Shown piece after piece: positions 1 through 13,233 of a stretch of DNA of 64,000 nucleotides. The DNA comes from Spongospora subterranea f. sp. subterranea. Taxonomy: Eukaryota. Location of the stretch: positions 1-64,000 of the forward strand of contig JAUGWO010000070.1 of the NCBI GenBank assembly GCA_049724395.1, given 5' to 3'. The notes beneath the pieces were generated by a model that was not told the origin of the DNA, did no database searches, and worked only from the letters and a program-made list of their open reading frames with translations. Within the stretch, counting starts at the first letter, position 1. Each line of letters begins with the position of its first letter. Position numbers and translations under genes: made by a program.

Positions 1-970
1 CTTATAATTGTTACCCCCCTTGACCTTCATGATCTTCATCATGCATTGCTGGAGAGTTAAAAGTGACCTTCATGATCTCCATACTGCATTGCTGGAGAGT
101 TAAAAGTGACCTTCATGATCTCCATACTGCATTGCTGGAGAGTTAAAAGTGACCTTCATGATCTCCATACTGCATTGCTGGAGAGTTAAAAGTGACCTTC
201 ATGATCTCCATACTGCATTGCTGGAGAGTTAAAAGTGACCTTCATGATCTCCATACTGCATTGCTGGAGAGTTAAAAGCATTTCTTTAAGCTTATCTTTC
301 TCCATGCTATCAAACGAGATCCTGACAGCCTTCACAAGATCATCGATTTTTTTTCGCTGCTGTAGAGGAATCTGTTTGACTTTTTCAGGATCAATGACTT
401 TTTCTTTGGTCCAACCTTTCCCTCGTTTGTGTGAACAACACAGGACGGCAGAAGTCCCAAATCCTACTCACAGTTCTGCGTGAATCGGCAAATTGACTGC
501 TTGCTGAGGCAATTGAATCAAGAACGAACCTTCCTGAACCACTCATCCTTAGAGACATATTCGTATATTACACGACTCTGGTCGTCAGTAAGGTTCTTTT
601 GTCCTTTTCTATCAGCAAACTTCTCAGGAACGATACGAATTCCGAGGGTTGCTGCTCGTCGGCTATTTTCTTTGGAAAAGCCGGCATGGCTTCTCCAGCT
701 CGGCTTAGGTCTCCTGCAGGTGCAGTCATGTTGTCAGGTGCTAGTTCAACAATGACGAGGTGGCGGTGCCGCTAAAAAATCTCCCGTAAACCCTAGTTTT
801 CATTTTGATCTAACTTTAGTTTGAAATGAGCGTCGAGGCTCAAAATTTCGGGAGAGCAAAGCACTTGACGCGCGCGTCATTATCCAGTTCTATGATATGA
901 GGTTGCGCATAAAACAACCTTAATCCACGCACGTTTTTCAAACAGGACCTTTATTTCCGAACAGAGGGAG
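1..970 (-). mobile_element. Internally deleted plant/oomycete-type mariner (DD39D/Stowaway-like), running off the window start
   Basis: Minus-strand terminus TA|CTCCCTCTGTTCGGAAATAA (970-951, TA at 971-972) matches the CTCCCTC(C/T)GT mariner/Stowaway TIR consensus. Minus-strand translation of ~440-1 gives ...DPEKVKQIPLQQR|KKIDDLVKAV...LTLQQC.MxIMKVKGGNNYK, i.e. N-terminal and C-terminal transposase segments joined without the catalytic core. Confidence 0.75.
22..278. repeat. 43-bp tandem repeat, 6 copies, inside the mariner transposase remnant
   Basis: Unit GACCTTCATGATCTCCATACTGCATTGCTGGAGAGTTAAAAGT starts at 22, 65, 108, 151, 194 and 237. Confidence 0.95.
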
Positions 971-980
971 TAGTAGACTA

Positions 981-3457
981 CAGTAGCGGACACCTTAACT
1001 CTGTAATTGTTGTGAGGGAGAAAAGTCCGTGGTTAATAGGCGCATCCCGTTATGAATAAATCAAACAAACGACACGGTAAATTGGCGTTCTCAATAATCT
1101 GAACCAGTCGCCGTTTCGTTTTTTCAAAAATGTTGAATTGTGACTGAGATATAAACTTCATAAGTTGATAGACAGCAGGACATTTTGAAACCTCTATGAG
1201 GAAAAACAAAAACCGACAAAAAGTTGCGCGCGCAGTTACATAAGTGCGCCGTGACGCAAAAATTACGTTTTGCGTCACGGTGCTGAAATCGGCGCACTTT
1301 CATTGAACAACTTTCGTCGACCACCTTGCCCGACTCTTTCACTGAAACTTTACGAATGGCTAGGCCAAAGAATAACACAGTAAATTGTCGAAAGCTCGCT
1401 GCTGCTTCCAAGCTTGCTGCTCTGATGAGGCGAACTAGCCAAAGCATTGAACCCGAATCCCAGGTCTGCGCTGCTGAACAGTCGGAAGATGAAATCATAA
1501 TCCTTGAAAATTCAAGCGAGAAGATGCAGCTTCCGGACTGGAGCTCATTAATATCCTGGAAAGAAGGTGCCGGCTCTCATTTGCGATCGTCGTACTCCAA
1601 ATACAGTCGGACGACACAATGGCGACGACGGCAAGAAAAGGAACGGCGTCATGAGGTGATCAAAGATTGTGTGAAAATTACCAAGTATTTCTCACCTGAT
1701 GAACCACCTCGTATTACGTCAGAGAGCAAGATTTGCGACGTTTTTGAAAAGCTGGAAGCATTAACCGAACTCCGTCCGAACCGCAACTTGGAACATCGCC
1801 ACAAAGACGTGACGCGGTGGGATTTTGTTCGATTGTTGTCGATCAAGCAATATTTAGCGGATTTGATGGCGAAGAAACCTAAAATTTTGTCATCGCAATT
1901 GCATCCCAGTTTTTCCCTGACCGCAACGTTGTTCACACTGGCCGCTTGATCCGACAATCTGCACTGTATTTTATTGACAAGGGAGAGTTGCCTGTTCTAA
2001 ATCAAGGCAAATTCGTCAAAATTCAATCTTTGATCAACGGACGAAGATGTTCAGCGAATAGTTAGGATTGGATTCATTGTGGTGCAGTCTCAGGTTGGGC
2101 TCACAAGCTCGACTCTGGTGCATTGGGTCAAGGAAAACCTTCATTTGGAACTGGGTTTTGATTCCCCAGTGTCTCTTTCTTCCAGGACGGGCCAACGGTG
2201 GTTGAATATAATGGGGCTTCGTTTTGGCAAGTTCTGTAAAGGGTTTTACAACGATGGTCATGAGCGACCTGATGTTATTCAATACCGCCAAAGATTTTTA
2301 GACCGAATGCTTTCATATGAAAGACGAATGACGTCATACGAAGGAGACTTCATGGAAAATGATGTCGCCCCGAAACTCAATGAAGGAGAACGGCCTCTGG
2401 TGCTGGTGACTCATGATGAATCCTGTTTTGGATCAAATGATGGACGTTCTTTTGTTTGGATAAACGAAGACAAGAGGGAGATTCGTCCTAAAGGTAACGG
2501 CAGAAGCCTGATGGTATCAGCATTTCTCTGTGAATGCCATGGTCTCCTGCGATTGTCGGATAGCCAGCAAGCCCTTAACCCTGGCGTCCCTCAGGATTCG
2601 ACTGTTTTCTTGAAACCTGGTGCAAACGCTGAAGGTTATTGGAGAAACTGTGACCTTGTTCAGCAGTTGAAAGAAAAGGCAATACCGATATTCCAGTTTC
2701 TGCATCCTGGTTGTGATGGAATCTTCATGTTTGACAATTCGCAAAACCATCATGGCAATTGCTCCAGACGCATTGTCTGTAAGCAAGATGAATATGAGCG
2801 ATGGAGGGCGAAATGCCAGAATCATGCGGTCTGGATGGTACATCGACAGCAACGGAGAGCGCATCGAACAGACCATGACGACTGAGAATGGACTCTCGAA
2901 GGGCCTCAAGCGTGTTCTATTGGAGAGAGGTTTGTGGATTCCTGGACTTTCAGTCCAAGAAGCCAAAAACCTATTGAAGGAGCAACCAGATTTAAAAAGC
3001 CAGATGGAATGGCTGCAAGAAACCGTAATTAACCAGGGATTATTCGTCGATTTCTATCCCAAGTATCACTGTGAGTTTAATTTTATTGAAATGTTTTGGG
3101 GTGCAGCCAAAGCGTTTTCAAGGGCTCGATGCACATTTCGTTTTGACGAATTAATTCAACTGGTTCCAGAAGCCCTCAAGAGTGTTTCTATAGGCAAAAT
3201 TAGGAAGTTCGCTCGTAAATCCTATCGGTACATGGACGCTTACCGCGTCACCGGACCGAACGGTAATTCTCTCAATCACAAGCAAATTGAGTTTGCAGTC
3301 AAACAGTACCGCGGTCATCGCAAGATTCCTCTGCGCATATTGCAAAACCTCGAATAAATCAGAATATTTTCAATTTTCCTCACGCACTATATAAAACTGC
3401 GCGCATTTTTCAGATTTGAGATTGAAACAAAGTACAGAGTTAAGGTGTCCGCTACTG
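981..3457 (+). mobile_element. Complete IS630/Tc1/mariner-superfamily DNA transposon with 25-bp TIRs and TA target duplication
   Basis: CAGTAGCGGACACCTTAACTCTGTA at 981-1005 and its exact reverse complement at 3433-3457; TA at 979-980 and 3458-3459. Confidence 0.92.
1356..3357 (+). pseudogene. Frameshifted DDE transposase of the 981-3457 element
   Basis: Three consecutive + ORFs (1326-1949, 2079-2885, 2713-3357) with motifs YNDGHERPDV, VTHDES, FMFDNS and FYPKYHCEFNFIE. Confidence 0.85.
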
Positions 3458-4070
3458 TAGCTGAAGGCTGCAATAGACATGTCCGTGGCTCCCATACAAA
3501 AGTGTGGCGTTATTCCGGTACTGTACCATCGACTCGATGGAGTGGGTGCACATTTTGTGAGAGCGCGAACTCTCTACAGCACATGACGAATCGAATGCGA
3601 TCAATGTGCCATCAGTTACGAACGTTTCGACCAATCCATCGCAGTCGATGAAGCGTAATAATGACACCCGAGGCATTCTGTTGAACTCTCCACGGAAGAG
3701 AAGTTTTTGTCCCTTTGAGCAAACTAAGTATAAGAAGCTTTAAGACCAAATAAAATGTAAACCTTGAGAGCATAGCCGCGTCTTCGAAGCATTCCTCTAT
3801 TGTCAAACGAGACTTCATCAAGGAATGACAGGGTTTGGTGAGTCCATTCCAGAGAAGATAATTCCCAAAAGAATCGAATGACATCTCGAACCGAAACTTG
3901 CATCGCCCGGCGCTCAATACACTATATCAGAAAACATGTATTAATATTGATACTCCAGAAGCAAGCAGGTTTGTTGCACCTTGTAGGTCAGATTAGATTC
4001 TCGCATTAGACGCCCAACACTGGAAATGCTGATCTTCATGTTCCAAAACATCATGAAAGCTTGTCGGGTT

Positions 4071-4337
4071 TCATCTAGGAACGACAAAGGATGATTCATT
4101 ATGTAATGTAAAATCCATTGCCGTTGCTCCTGTGAGAACTTGACATTTGAGCCTTTTTGACGATCGTCGAGCTAAATTGCCAGTTTTTTTAAAACGATCA
4201 ACCCATCGGCTGATGGTGGCTTTACCCTTACGATAAACGGTGGCAATGCGTGTGATTGTGAAGCCAAGAAAAAATACGAATACACGGCATGCTCCTTGGT
4301 ATTGACGGAACAATGATTTCCATCGAGTTGCTAACAA
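4071..4337 (-). pseudogene. N-terminal HTH fragment of a Tc1/IS630-like transposase
   Basis: FFLGFTITRIATVYRKGKATISRWVDRFKKTG resembles a transposase HTH. It is cut off by a 22-nt poly-C run at 4351-4372. Confidence 0.55.
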
Positions 4338-4564
4338 TTCATGACGAGGTCCCCCCCCCCCCCCCCCCCCCCATGTTGAGATATTTCCATGCGGAGCCTC
4401 CCAAAGATCGCGGAGTGCGAAAGTTTTCTATCGCAGTGTTTAACTTGAACTAAGAATCGCAGTAGAAGCTCTTTAGAACTTGTGTAAACCTTTGTTTACA
4501 AACCTTCACCTATACCACTGGCTTTACTTTCCAAAGTCAGTACAACATACCAATCGTAAAACCC

Positions 4565-7500
4565 TGAGAAGAAGGTGGCAGTTCCGTTTGCTTGAGGTCG
4601 TGGTCTGCCATCAACGCGGGTCTTCTAAGAAGAGTTGATCAAGTTAAGAAGTGAAGTTTATTCAGGGATGATTGCCAGATTGCTCTTGCCCCCCACCCAT
4701 CGTTGATCCGTCAATTGGTCACTGTAAGACAGTGGCTGGAAAGTCCGGGCGGACAGTCCTCCCCGTCGCCACGCTCCGCCGAGCGACATGATCACTGTCA
4801 TGCCCGCAGCTCGACGACTCAACGGTAATTTCAACACTCCCACCCGAGCGTACGGGCGTGAACATGAAACTTTTGCGGAGCCTGTTAAAAATTACTGGAC
4901 CAAGTGGCTTAGTCAATATATCGGCCGTCATGTCGTCAGACTTGCAATATCGCAGCTGAATCACTCCTTTCGCGATCTGATCCCTTGTATAATGATAGCG
5001 GACCTCTATGTGTTTCGACCTGCGCTTAGTCTGGAATGTGTTTGCTAGCGCGATTGCCGCCTGATTATCCTCATAGATGATCGTTGGCGCATCCTGGGAA
5101 CTTTACTTTGCCGATTGAGTCACTCAGACTTGTCGTTGTGATAATAGATGGGGTGTTCGCTGGGTTGCAATCTTGCATCTGATACCGGACAAGTATCTCC
5201 TTCGCATAGGACTCTTGACTCATGACAATCGAGCTCTTGCCTCTCTCTCGCTCGATTTTGATGCCGAAAGTACGCGATATCACCAACGGGTTTCATCGAA
5301 TATCTTTTTCTAAGTAAATCCTCTGTTTTCTTGATTATGGTTGTGCTTGATGATGCCACCACCAAGTCGTCGACATATATGGCGATGAATGTGACATTGC
5401 CTTCCGAGCGTCGGCAATACAGGCATGGATCCGCGTTCGTCGCGATGAAGCCGTCGCTCTTTAAGTACTCGTTTATCTGGTCCCACCAAACGCGACCCGC
5501 CTGCTTCAAGGCCATATATGGCTTTCTTCAACTTGCATATCATCTCGCCATTCTCGTTCTGCACAGCGAACCCTTCCGGTTGCTCCAGGTAGATCTCTTC
5601 TTTTAATTCTCCGTAAAGAAAAGCAGTGTCGACATCCATCTGTTTTACCTCCAGATCCAACCTTGCTGAAATCGCCATGAGTAATCTAAGGGTGGTTAGA
5701 CTCACAACCGGTGAAGTGGTCTCGTCAAAGTCGGTTCCTGGCTGTTGGCTAAATCCTCGGGCCACGTAGCGTGCCTTGCATCTGATCACGTTTCCTGCAG
5801 CATCGGTTTTCGCCTTCAACACTGTACAGAACTGCAGCCCCAATGCACTTACGGACCTACTTAAGCTACCGAATAAAAGCAGTTCTGTTTACTATTGCCA
5901 ACCTAATAGTCAGCCGGACCCTGCACAAAACGTTTTATAGCAGACTACCTGGCATCTAGCTTTGCCAGACGAACTTGCAAACAGGCGACAAACCCACGCC
6001 CCGAAGTTCATGGCCCAAACCAGGAGCATGGACGCCGACTCCGATCAGGGTGCCAACCCTGCCTATCCACAACCAGAATCCATAGCCGAGCATGTCATAG
6101 CCGGCCAGACACCAATATTTTTTCCCTTAAAACCACCGATCATCAAGGCTTTTGACCCCAAGGCGATCGCTGTATTTCGCCGAGAACGCGAATCGTATCT
6201 GGCACTAATCACAGAACGGAGGGAATTACATGGCGACAAAGTCCAACCCGTCTCACTGAAAAGTAGCTTTGACTTAAGCAAACTCAAAGCAATATCCAAA
6301 TATGTTTTAAAAAAGCCAGTTGACCAGCTTACGGATTCAGACCTGGATGTGTACCTTAAGAAGCTGCAAGAACAAGCGACTGAGCATTGCCACGAAGATA
6401 TCGAGGCTACAATTAGGAAACAAATCATCATGAACCTGTCACTCAAAAACCCTGCGGAACGAGTTCTAGCTTATTTCGCCAAATTTGACGATTTTATTGC
6501 AGATAACGGCCTAGAGCATGTGTTCAAGGACGACGAAGGAATCAAGCTAAAAATTAAATACCTACGTGCCGGAGTTCGACCAGCAACCCTACACGACATG
6601 ATTGAGCACGCGATCTCATTTGGCGACCATCAAAAGGCGAAAAGCGATGAAGCTGATTTTTTTGACTTGCTCACATCAAAAGCGAAACAACAGCATGAAG
6701 TACACCAACTGACTGAACGACAGAAAAGTCGCACGATGAAAACTATCGAAAAGTCCAAATCGTTGAAACCGAACATGCCGAATTTACAACCGAATAATAG
6801 CGTAATCTCAGCTGCGTCACTGAAGCGATATGGCAGTCGAGACCCTCCAGATGGTGGTTGTCTACATGGGTCTGTTCGGGCCTGTAAAAAGTTTTTCAGA
6901 AGAACGGGAACATCATCTTTCAGGTTTTCGAACGGCTCCCAAGTTGTATCCTGGGCTTCAAATCCACTCCACACAACTTGCACCTCGATGTCACCAGAGT
7001 TGTTATTGCGCCGAATGTCTCGCAAATCTTCAACTACATAACCTTGTCCGTCATGAGCTACTTGGTTGTACAGCTCTTCAGTTACGTTGAGGCTGGAATC
7101 GTCGTAAAGTTTCAGTCTTACCGCATGCACATTTTCAATGGCTTTTGTAATTAAGTCCTGAACTTGGTAAACATGATCATTCACGGTTCCTACGATTTGT
7201 GAAGGTCCCTGCCACGCTCCGCGAAGTTTATGCTGGGTGTTTCGATGAAGATTCGACGCAACTAGCACGTAATCGCCAATACAAAAATTCATAGGAATAA
7301 CTTGCCGGCGTTTGGAATGTGTCCTGTGTGACTGTTGACGCTGAATCGTTACGTTTGATTCGACGTTTCGATGAATACGATCGCATGCGTCCCTCAGCTC
7401 GCATGTCATTTCGTTGATTGCTTCTGGGGTTAACGAAATTTCAGCAATCTTATCTAATCGTTCAATAAAAATAGTTGAGATTAAGGTAGATGGTTGTAGG

Positions 7501-10395
7501 CCAGTCATAATCGTAACAGGGGCATAGCCGATATGGGAGCGAACCCGGTGATTCAATGCCATATTGACCAATGGTAGGAGACAGGGCCAATCATGAAACG
7601 ATAATCGGAACTCGGAGATAAGGGCACGTAGAACAAATAGGAGCAGACAGAACTGCAGCCCCAATGCACTTACGGACCTACTTAAGCTACCGAATAAAAG
7701 CAGTTCTGTTTACTATTGCCAACCTAATAGTCAGCCGGACCCTGCACAAACACCCATTTGCCGCTGACCACATTTCTTCCCTTTGGTCGCGGAACAATTT
7801 CCCAAGTCTTATTCTTGCACTCCAACTCCATTTCCATCGCTCTCTTCCATCTTTTATCTTTCAACGCCATAGTTGTTGTTTCTGGCTCCTTTTCATTTGT
7901 CAAGGCACAGCCGGCATACTCGTCCATGTACAGTGCCGGCTTCCACGTAATTCGCTTGCTTGTTCTTAGTCCCGGCAAGACGGCTTCGTCGCTGCTGTCT
8001 TGCACCTTCACGCGCGAATTCGTGTTCTTGAACAGTTGGCCTTTGACTGCACTTGCGGGCAGGAATTCCTCGTCCTCGTCGTCATCCGCTAGCATCTCAA
8101 CTGGTGTTGTGCGAGTCTCCTTCAATTTTGCGTCGCTTGATATAAACCTTCTCGACGTCTTCAAATCTTCAAACACATACGCCTTAGCACCATCCGCAAA
8201 TCAAAGGAATTTGCATTCTCTTGATTTGCTGTCGAACTTGCTTCGATGTGAATCAAGGATGGAACATGAACCTCCCACAGAGATCCGAACAGTGGCACAC
8301 TTGCAAGACTTGGTAGCCTCTTGTGAATGAGTTCATACGGTGACTTCTCGTCCACATTGACCTTTGTCATTGTCCTATTTCTGATGTAGGCCGCCAACCG
8401 GACCGCGTATTCCCAATATGTCCAGAGTCAAACAACAGACATCGCGCCATCTCCACGATCGTTCTGTTCATCCTCTCTGCCTTGCCATTTGTTGAGGAGT
8501 CCTTGGTGCGGTACGTTGCCACAAGATTCCCTTTCTTTTCAGAAAACCTTGACATTCGTTGCTTGCGTACTCGCCACCTCCGTCGCTGCGATGATGTTCG
8601 CCCCCCACTGTTTCTTCATAAGCGCACGAAACGATTGAAATTCTTCAAGCTGTTCAGATTTCTTGGCCAGAAAAGCGATATGAACCCAGTTCGTATAGTC
8701 GTCGATGTAAGTGGCAAAGTACCAGTTACCCTGTAGTGACTTCTTGCTCATTGGTCCACACAGATCACTATGCACCAAGTCGCCTAGCTCCTTCGTCTTA
8801 GTTGTTGAGGACTTCGGTATTGGCAACCTCGCCATTTTTCCTTCCGCACATACTGTGCAATTGTGCACAACTTGGCTATTCGTGGAAAACTGTGGGATTA
8901 TGCCTTTCACGCTCATCTTCCCAAGAGTTTCCATATTGACGTGACCGCACCTCCTGTGCAATTCGAATGCATCCCGTACGTCAGTTTGCGCCTGGTACAC
9001 CTTCTCCGAATGAAGTGTTTGAATCTGTATACGCCGTTACTCCGGTATCCGATGATGACCAGCTTGCCATCGACAGAGATCTGACAGGTATCTTCCTTAA
9101 ACTGCACGTCCGTCCCTTTACGCTTGGTTGCCGCTGCAACTGAGAACAAGTTTTGTTTCAGTCCAGGTACATACAGGACATGAGTGAGTCTGCATCCTAT
9201 TCCCAACTTTACGCAACCCATATGTGTCGCCTCTAATCGTCTGCCATCGCCCAGCGTGACAGGTCGTACTGGCACCAGAATCTCGTAGTCCATCAGGGAA
9301 TCTAGTCTGTGAATCATGTGCGACGACGCACCACTGTCTATCAGCCAGGCACTCTTGTCCTGGTCGTCCTCCTTGTGACTAGCCATGAACATCACTTCTG
9401 AAGCAACACTCGCTCTCTGATTCTTCTTGGGTAACCCACAATCTCGTCCCCAATGCCCTGCCTTCCCGCAGTTATAACATTTTCCTCTCCTCTTCGGTTT
9501 CTCGCGCTTCTTTTCTTCTGCACCAAAAGCTGTTTGAGGTTCCGGGATGGAACAGAGACTCAATCTCTGTTCTGCCGTCAACAGGCGGTTCATCAACTCT
9601 GCTTTTGTTAACACTAATCCTTGCATTATCACCTCGACCGTTGTCCTATATTTTTACTGCATTATCGAAAAACACACGGTCGTCATGAGGTTCGATGTCG
9701 CTGACGCTCGCTCCGCTTGCTTCGCCGAGGCGTCTGGACAGTTCAGACATTTTTGAAAGGTGAGCAAATAGTGATCCATTCTCCGAAATCTTCGTCTGCC
9801 GGAATTCTTGTGTCAATAGCAGGACGTTTTGAGCATTCTTCGACGCGTAGAAGTCCACTAAAGCCGACCACGCTGCGCATGCGGTTGATGTTCCGTAGAC
9901 ATGCTCGTACTGATTGGGCTCTAATGCTTGAACTAAAATTGAAAAGGCCATATCAACATCAACCTTGCTTTCGCTCGTGTCACTCGCCAGAAGGTCATGG
10001 AGCTGTTGTCCCCTTAAATGAGCTTGGAAAGCGAACTTAAACGAAGTCCAATTTTCTCCGTTTAACTTCTGCCCGGTGAAGGCCAACGCACGCCTCTGCG
10101 CTGGGCCCATAACCTGTGAAGAAGGTGGCAGTTCCGTTTGCTTGAGGTCGTGGTTGGCCATCAACGCGGGTCTTCTGAACTATATGAGAAGAGTTGATCA
10201 ATTTAAGAAGTGAAGTTTATTCAGGGATGATTGCCAGATTGCACTTGCACCTTTCCCATCGTTGATCCATCAATTGGTCACTGTAAGACAGTGGCTGGAA
10301 AGTCCGGCCGGACAGCCCTCCCCGTCGCCAAGCTCCGCCGAGCGACATCATCACTGTCATGCCCGCAGCTCGACGACTCAACGGTAATTTCAACA
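4565..10395 (-). mobile_element. Copia LTR retrotransposon 1 (degenerate), interrupted by a Gypsy-type insertion
   Basis: LTRs at 10115-10395 and 4565-4836 (TG...CA). PBS GGTTATGGGCCCAG at 10114-10101, PPT GGGTGGGAG at 4845-4837. Minus-strand gag, CX2CX4HX4C knuckle, protease LIDSGAS, integrase VHSDLCGP/NGKAERMNRT, RT QMDVDTAFLYG/YVDD, RNase H MTADILTKPL, with many frameshifts. Confidence 0.93.
5823..7748 (+). mobile_element. Gypsy/chromovirus-derived element inserted in the Copia RT
   Basis: ~105-bp LTRs at 5823-5927 (TGTA...CACA) and 7647-7748. 5-bp TSD AACAC at 5818-5822 and 7749-7753 splits the Copia KWVLKAK motif. Gag-like ORF on + (5962-~6865); integrase C-terminus and chromodomain (VVWSGFEAQDTTWEP) on - (~6868-7646). 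Confidence 0.88.
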
Positions 10396-11833
10396 AGTAC
10401 ATCCCGTGCCAACAGATTCGCTGATTATAAATGAACATCAAGACTTGAACCATTATGGGACCCTTTTCCCTATAGAAACAACGGCTAGTGAATGGAATAA
10501 TAGCGGTATGATGACACCAGACAAATGTGACCTTTACATTGATCAGTACAAATTATCAAACAAAACAGACAGCTCAGCAACGCAAAATGTTAGAAATGAT
10601 AATTCCAAACAGCAATTTATGATAAAACCATCGCTAGACAAAACGATGAGACACGATAAAAACATAAATCCGAAAAGGCACCGATCATGCGACGATTCCG
10701 ACGACCAACCCACTCAACGTGCCAAATATGAAAAACATCAAACGCACTCTAAACAAATCTGCACAAAAAAGCGAACATTGCTGATAGATAAGGACGGCAC
10801 TGAAACGCAGTATAAAAGACGGCTTACCAACAGCGAGCGCCAATGCAAAGAAGTTGCAGACAATGAAACAGCGCGAAAAACAGCCTCAAAACAGACACCA
10901 ACAAGCCAGATGAGCCACTACGAACTCACCAAATTGATCGGAAATATACTAGAACCAGACAACAAGGAAGACAATATAGCAGACACATCGGACAAAAACC
11001 TGAACGGAACTAAAACACACAAACGGCAGATGAAAATAACTCAATATTTCATGAAAACCAATACCAAAACCAGAAAAATAAGAACAACCAGGAGCTTAAA
11101 AATCGCTCAATGGAACGCCTGCTCCCTAAGCGAACAAAAATCAAAAGAACTGTCTCGATTTGCTAACACCAACCGCGTCGATGTAATATGTATATCAGAA
11201 CTTCACCATAGACGCCAAGTAGACGATTTCCCAAACCACGAAGCCGATGACCGGTACACCCAAGCTGGAATTTTTTGGAGGGACCATGTAAATGTAGATG
11301 TGATGCGCATTCCTGCAATACAAACGTTTGGGAACCGACGGAATCATGACACAAATAGTAAAAATATATAGTGAAATGATATTAATTCACATATATATAC
11401 CACCGGATATAGATCGAAATACTAGAAAAGCATATTGGAAACAAATCGGCAAATTCGTAGAAATGCGAGATGAACCGATACTTCTAACAGGTGACCTCAA
11501 CACCAAAGATAGACGGTTTGGAATCCACCATGACGAAACTCACAAATACCTAGACAGCATATTGGAAGAATGCAAATTGATGAACAACCCGGAACGCCCA
11601 ACAAGAGGAAACAACTCATTAGATATCACCATTGCCAATCGACAGATGGCAAAGGAGATCTTACAATGGGACGTGCACGCAGAGCTAGGCAGTGACCATT
11701 CACCGACAACAATAGATACTACAATTAGAAGAAAATCGACGCAAAGGATTCCCCCTAGCCGTAAAAGAATACAACGAATTGACACACGAGCGACAACGAA
11801 AGCGTTAGAAGAGGAACTGCAGAAAGTTGAAAG
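10396..11833 (+). mobile_element. 5' fragment of a LINE (N-terminal region plus APE endonuclease)
   Basis: KIAQWNACS, ICISE, LTGDLN and GSDHSP APE motifs. Near-identical to the minus-strand LINE ending at 30718, with a few substitutions and 85 extra 5' nt. Confidence 0.9.
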
Positions 11834-12412
11834 CAAGAAGCTTTCGCGAATCTATTCATATCCTGAGCAACTAGCCAGCTCTTACGCCTGGACGAAACGA
11901 GCAAAGACGGTCGCCGTTTCAACGAGGGAACAGAGTCTTCAACGAGGGAACAGAGTCTCTGTTTTCGCCGCGTTCGATACAAAGGGATTTTTCTCTTGGA
12001 AATGCACCGAAGGGACGTTCACTCGCCAGAAGTTCCATGATGCTTTCCTGGAAATGGTTGGTTCCGAAGTTGAATCCGTCACAGCTTTTCCAAGGAGCAT
12101 TGTTATCTTAGATAATGCACAGATCCATATGTATGGGAATTGGAACAGGTCATACACAGATCAGGAGCGAAACTCATGTTCCTGCCTCCTTATTCGCCAC
12201 AGTTGAACCCTATTGAGCAAGGTTTTGCACTTTTAAAGCAGTGGCTCAAGAAACATGCTGATCTGACGTTCAGGGTTTGCCCTGAGGCTGTTCTAAAAGT
12301 GGCTATGCCAATGTGTACGAAGAATCTAAGACATATTGGTCATAAATTTTACAATTCCTGTGGGTACGGTCACACTGAGCTAAATAAATCAATGTTTGGG
12401 GTCTATCTTTAA
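11834..12412 (+). pseudogene. C-terminal half of an IS630/Tc1-like DDE transposase
   Basis: RGNRVSVFAA, PRSIVILDNAQIH and FLPPYSPQLNPIE motifs; one frameshift near 12140. Confidence 0.85.
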
Positions 12413-12808
12413 TTTTCATCATCCGATAGGACATGATCGACGTCGTTAAGGTCTTGTCCAACAACTGCCGGAACGGGTTCGTCGGAATGAAATATATCGT
12501 TTCCGAACAACGGATATGGTGGCAAACCCAGGGCGGATCGAAGGCTTGCGATATTCACCTCCACAGTGACAAGTTCAGTCCTATTGACCCGCAAGACGAT
12601 TTGGGCGAATTCGTCCGCATCCTGATTTTCAAGTGAACTTCTGAGGTAGTCCAATCGCATCGCCTGCCGGAATGTGTTGCTGGCCGGCAATTGCTCGACT
12701 GGTTCAGGATTGACAGCTCGCGCCCTGGTCCTCGACCAAATATTCGTCGCTATCTCGCCAATTACGGCTCGATCAGGAAGACTGGGAGGGTTTGCCTGGA
12801 TGTTGCCA

Positions 12809-12920
12809 GACGGACCCTGCCTATGGTCGCCCTTCGCAAACCAGAAGGGTTTGTTGATCCCGAAGACGGACCCTGCCTATGGTCGCCCTTCGCAAACCAG
12901 AAGGGTTTGTTGATCCCGAA
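12809..12920. repeat. 56-bp direct duplication
   Basis: GACGGACCCTGCCTATGG...GATCCCGAA at 12809 and 12865. Confidence 0.9.
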
Positions 12921-13233
12921 TTTCTTACAGACGCCTGTTCGGAAATAAAAACGACCAGTGGAATAAGAATTTGGCGACAATCGCTGACGAATCACTGATT
13001 GTGCATATACGCGTCGAACAGTCACGTCGAAATTGTCTTCAGAAAGGTCGATGAACCTGCTTTGGGGTGCTTGGACAGCAGGTTTGATTTCAGTTTGATT
13101 TCATCAGGAACACTCGACCTAGGAAGAGTGTGTTCGTAAGTGGCAAACAATGATGGCGTGCAGAACGCAAAATCCAAGTGACAGAGTCCATTGAATACTA
13201 TCAGTTTCTGCAGCAGCATGATGGTGCCGTCTG

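Noticed and set aside
4374..4547. Possible solo LTR (TGTTG...CAACA, 174 bp) after a poly-C run
   Set aside because: No TSD and no second copy in the window to confirm it.
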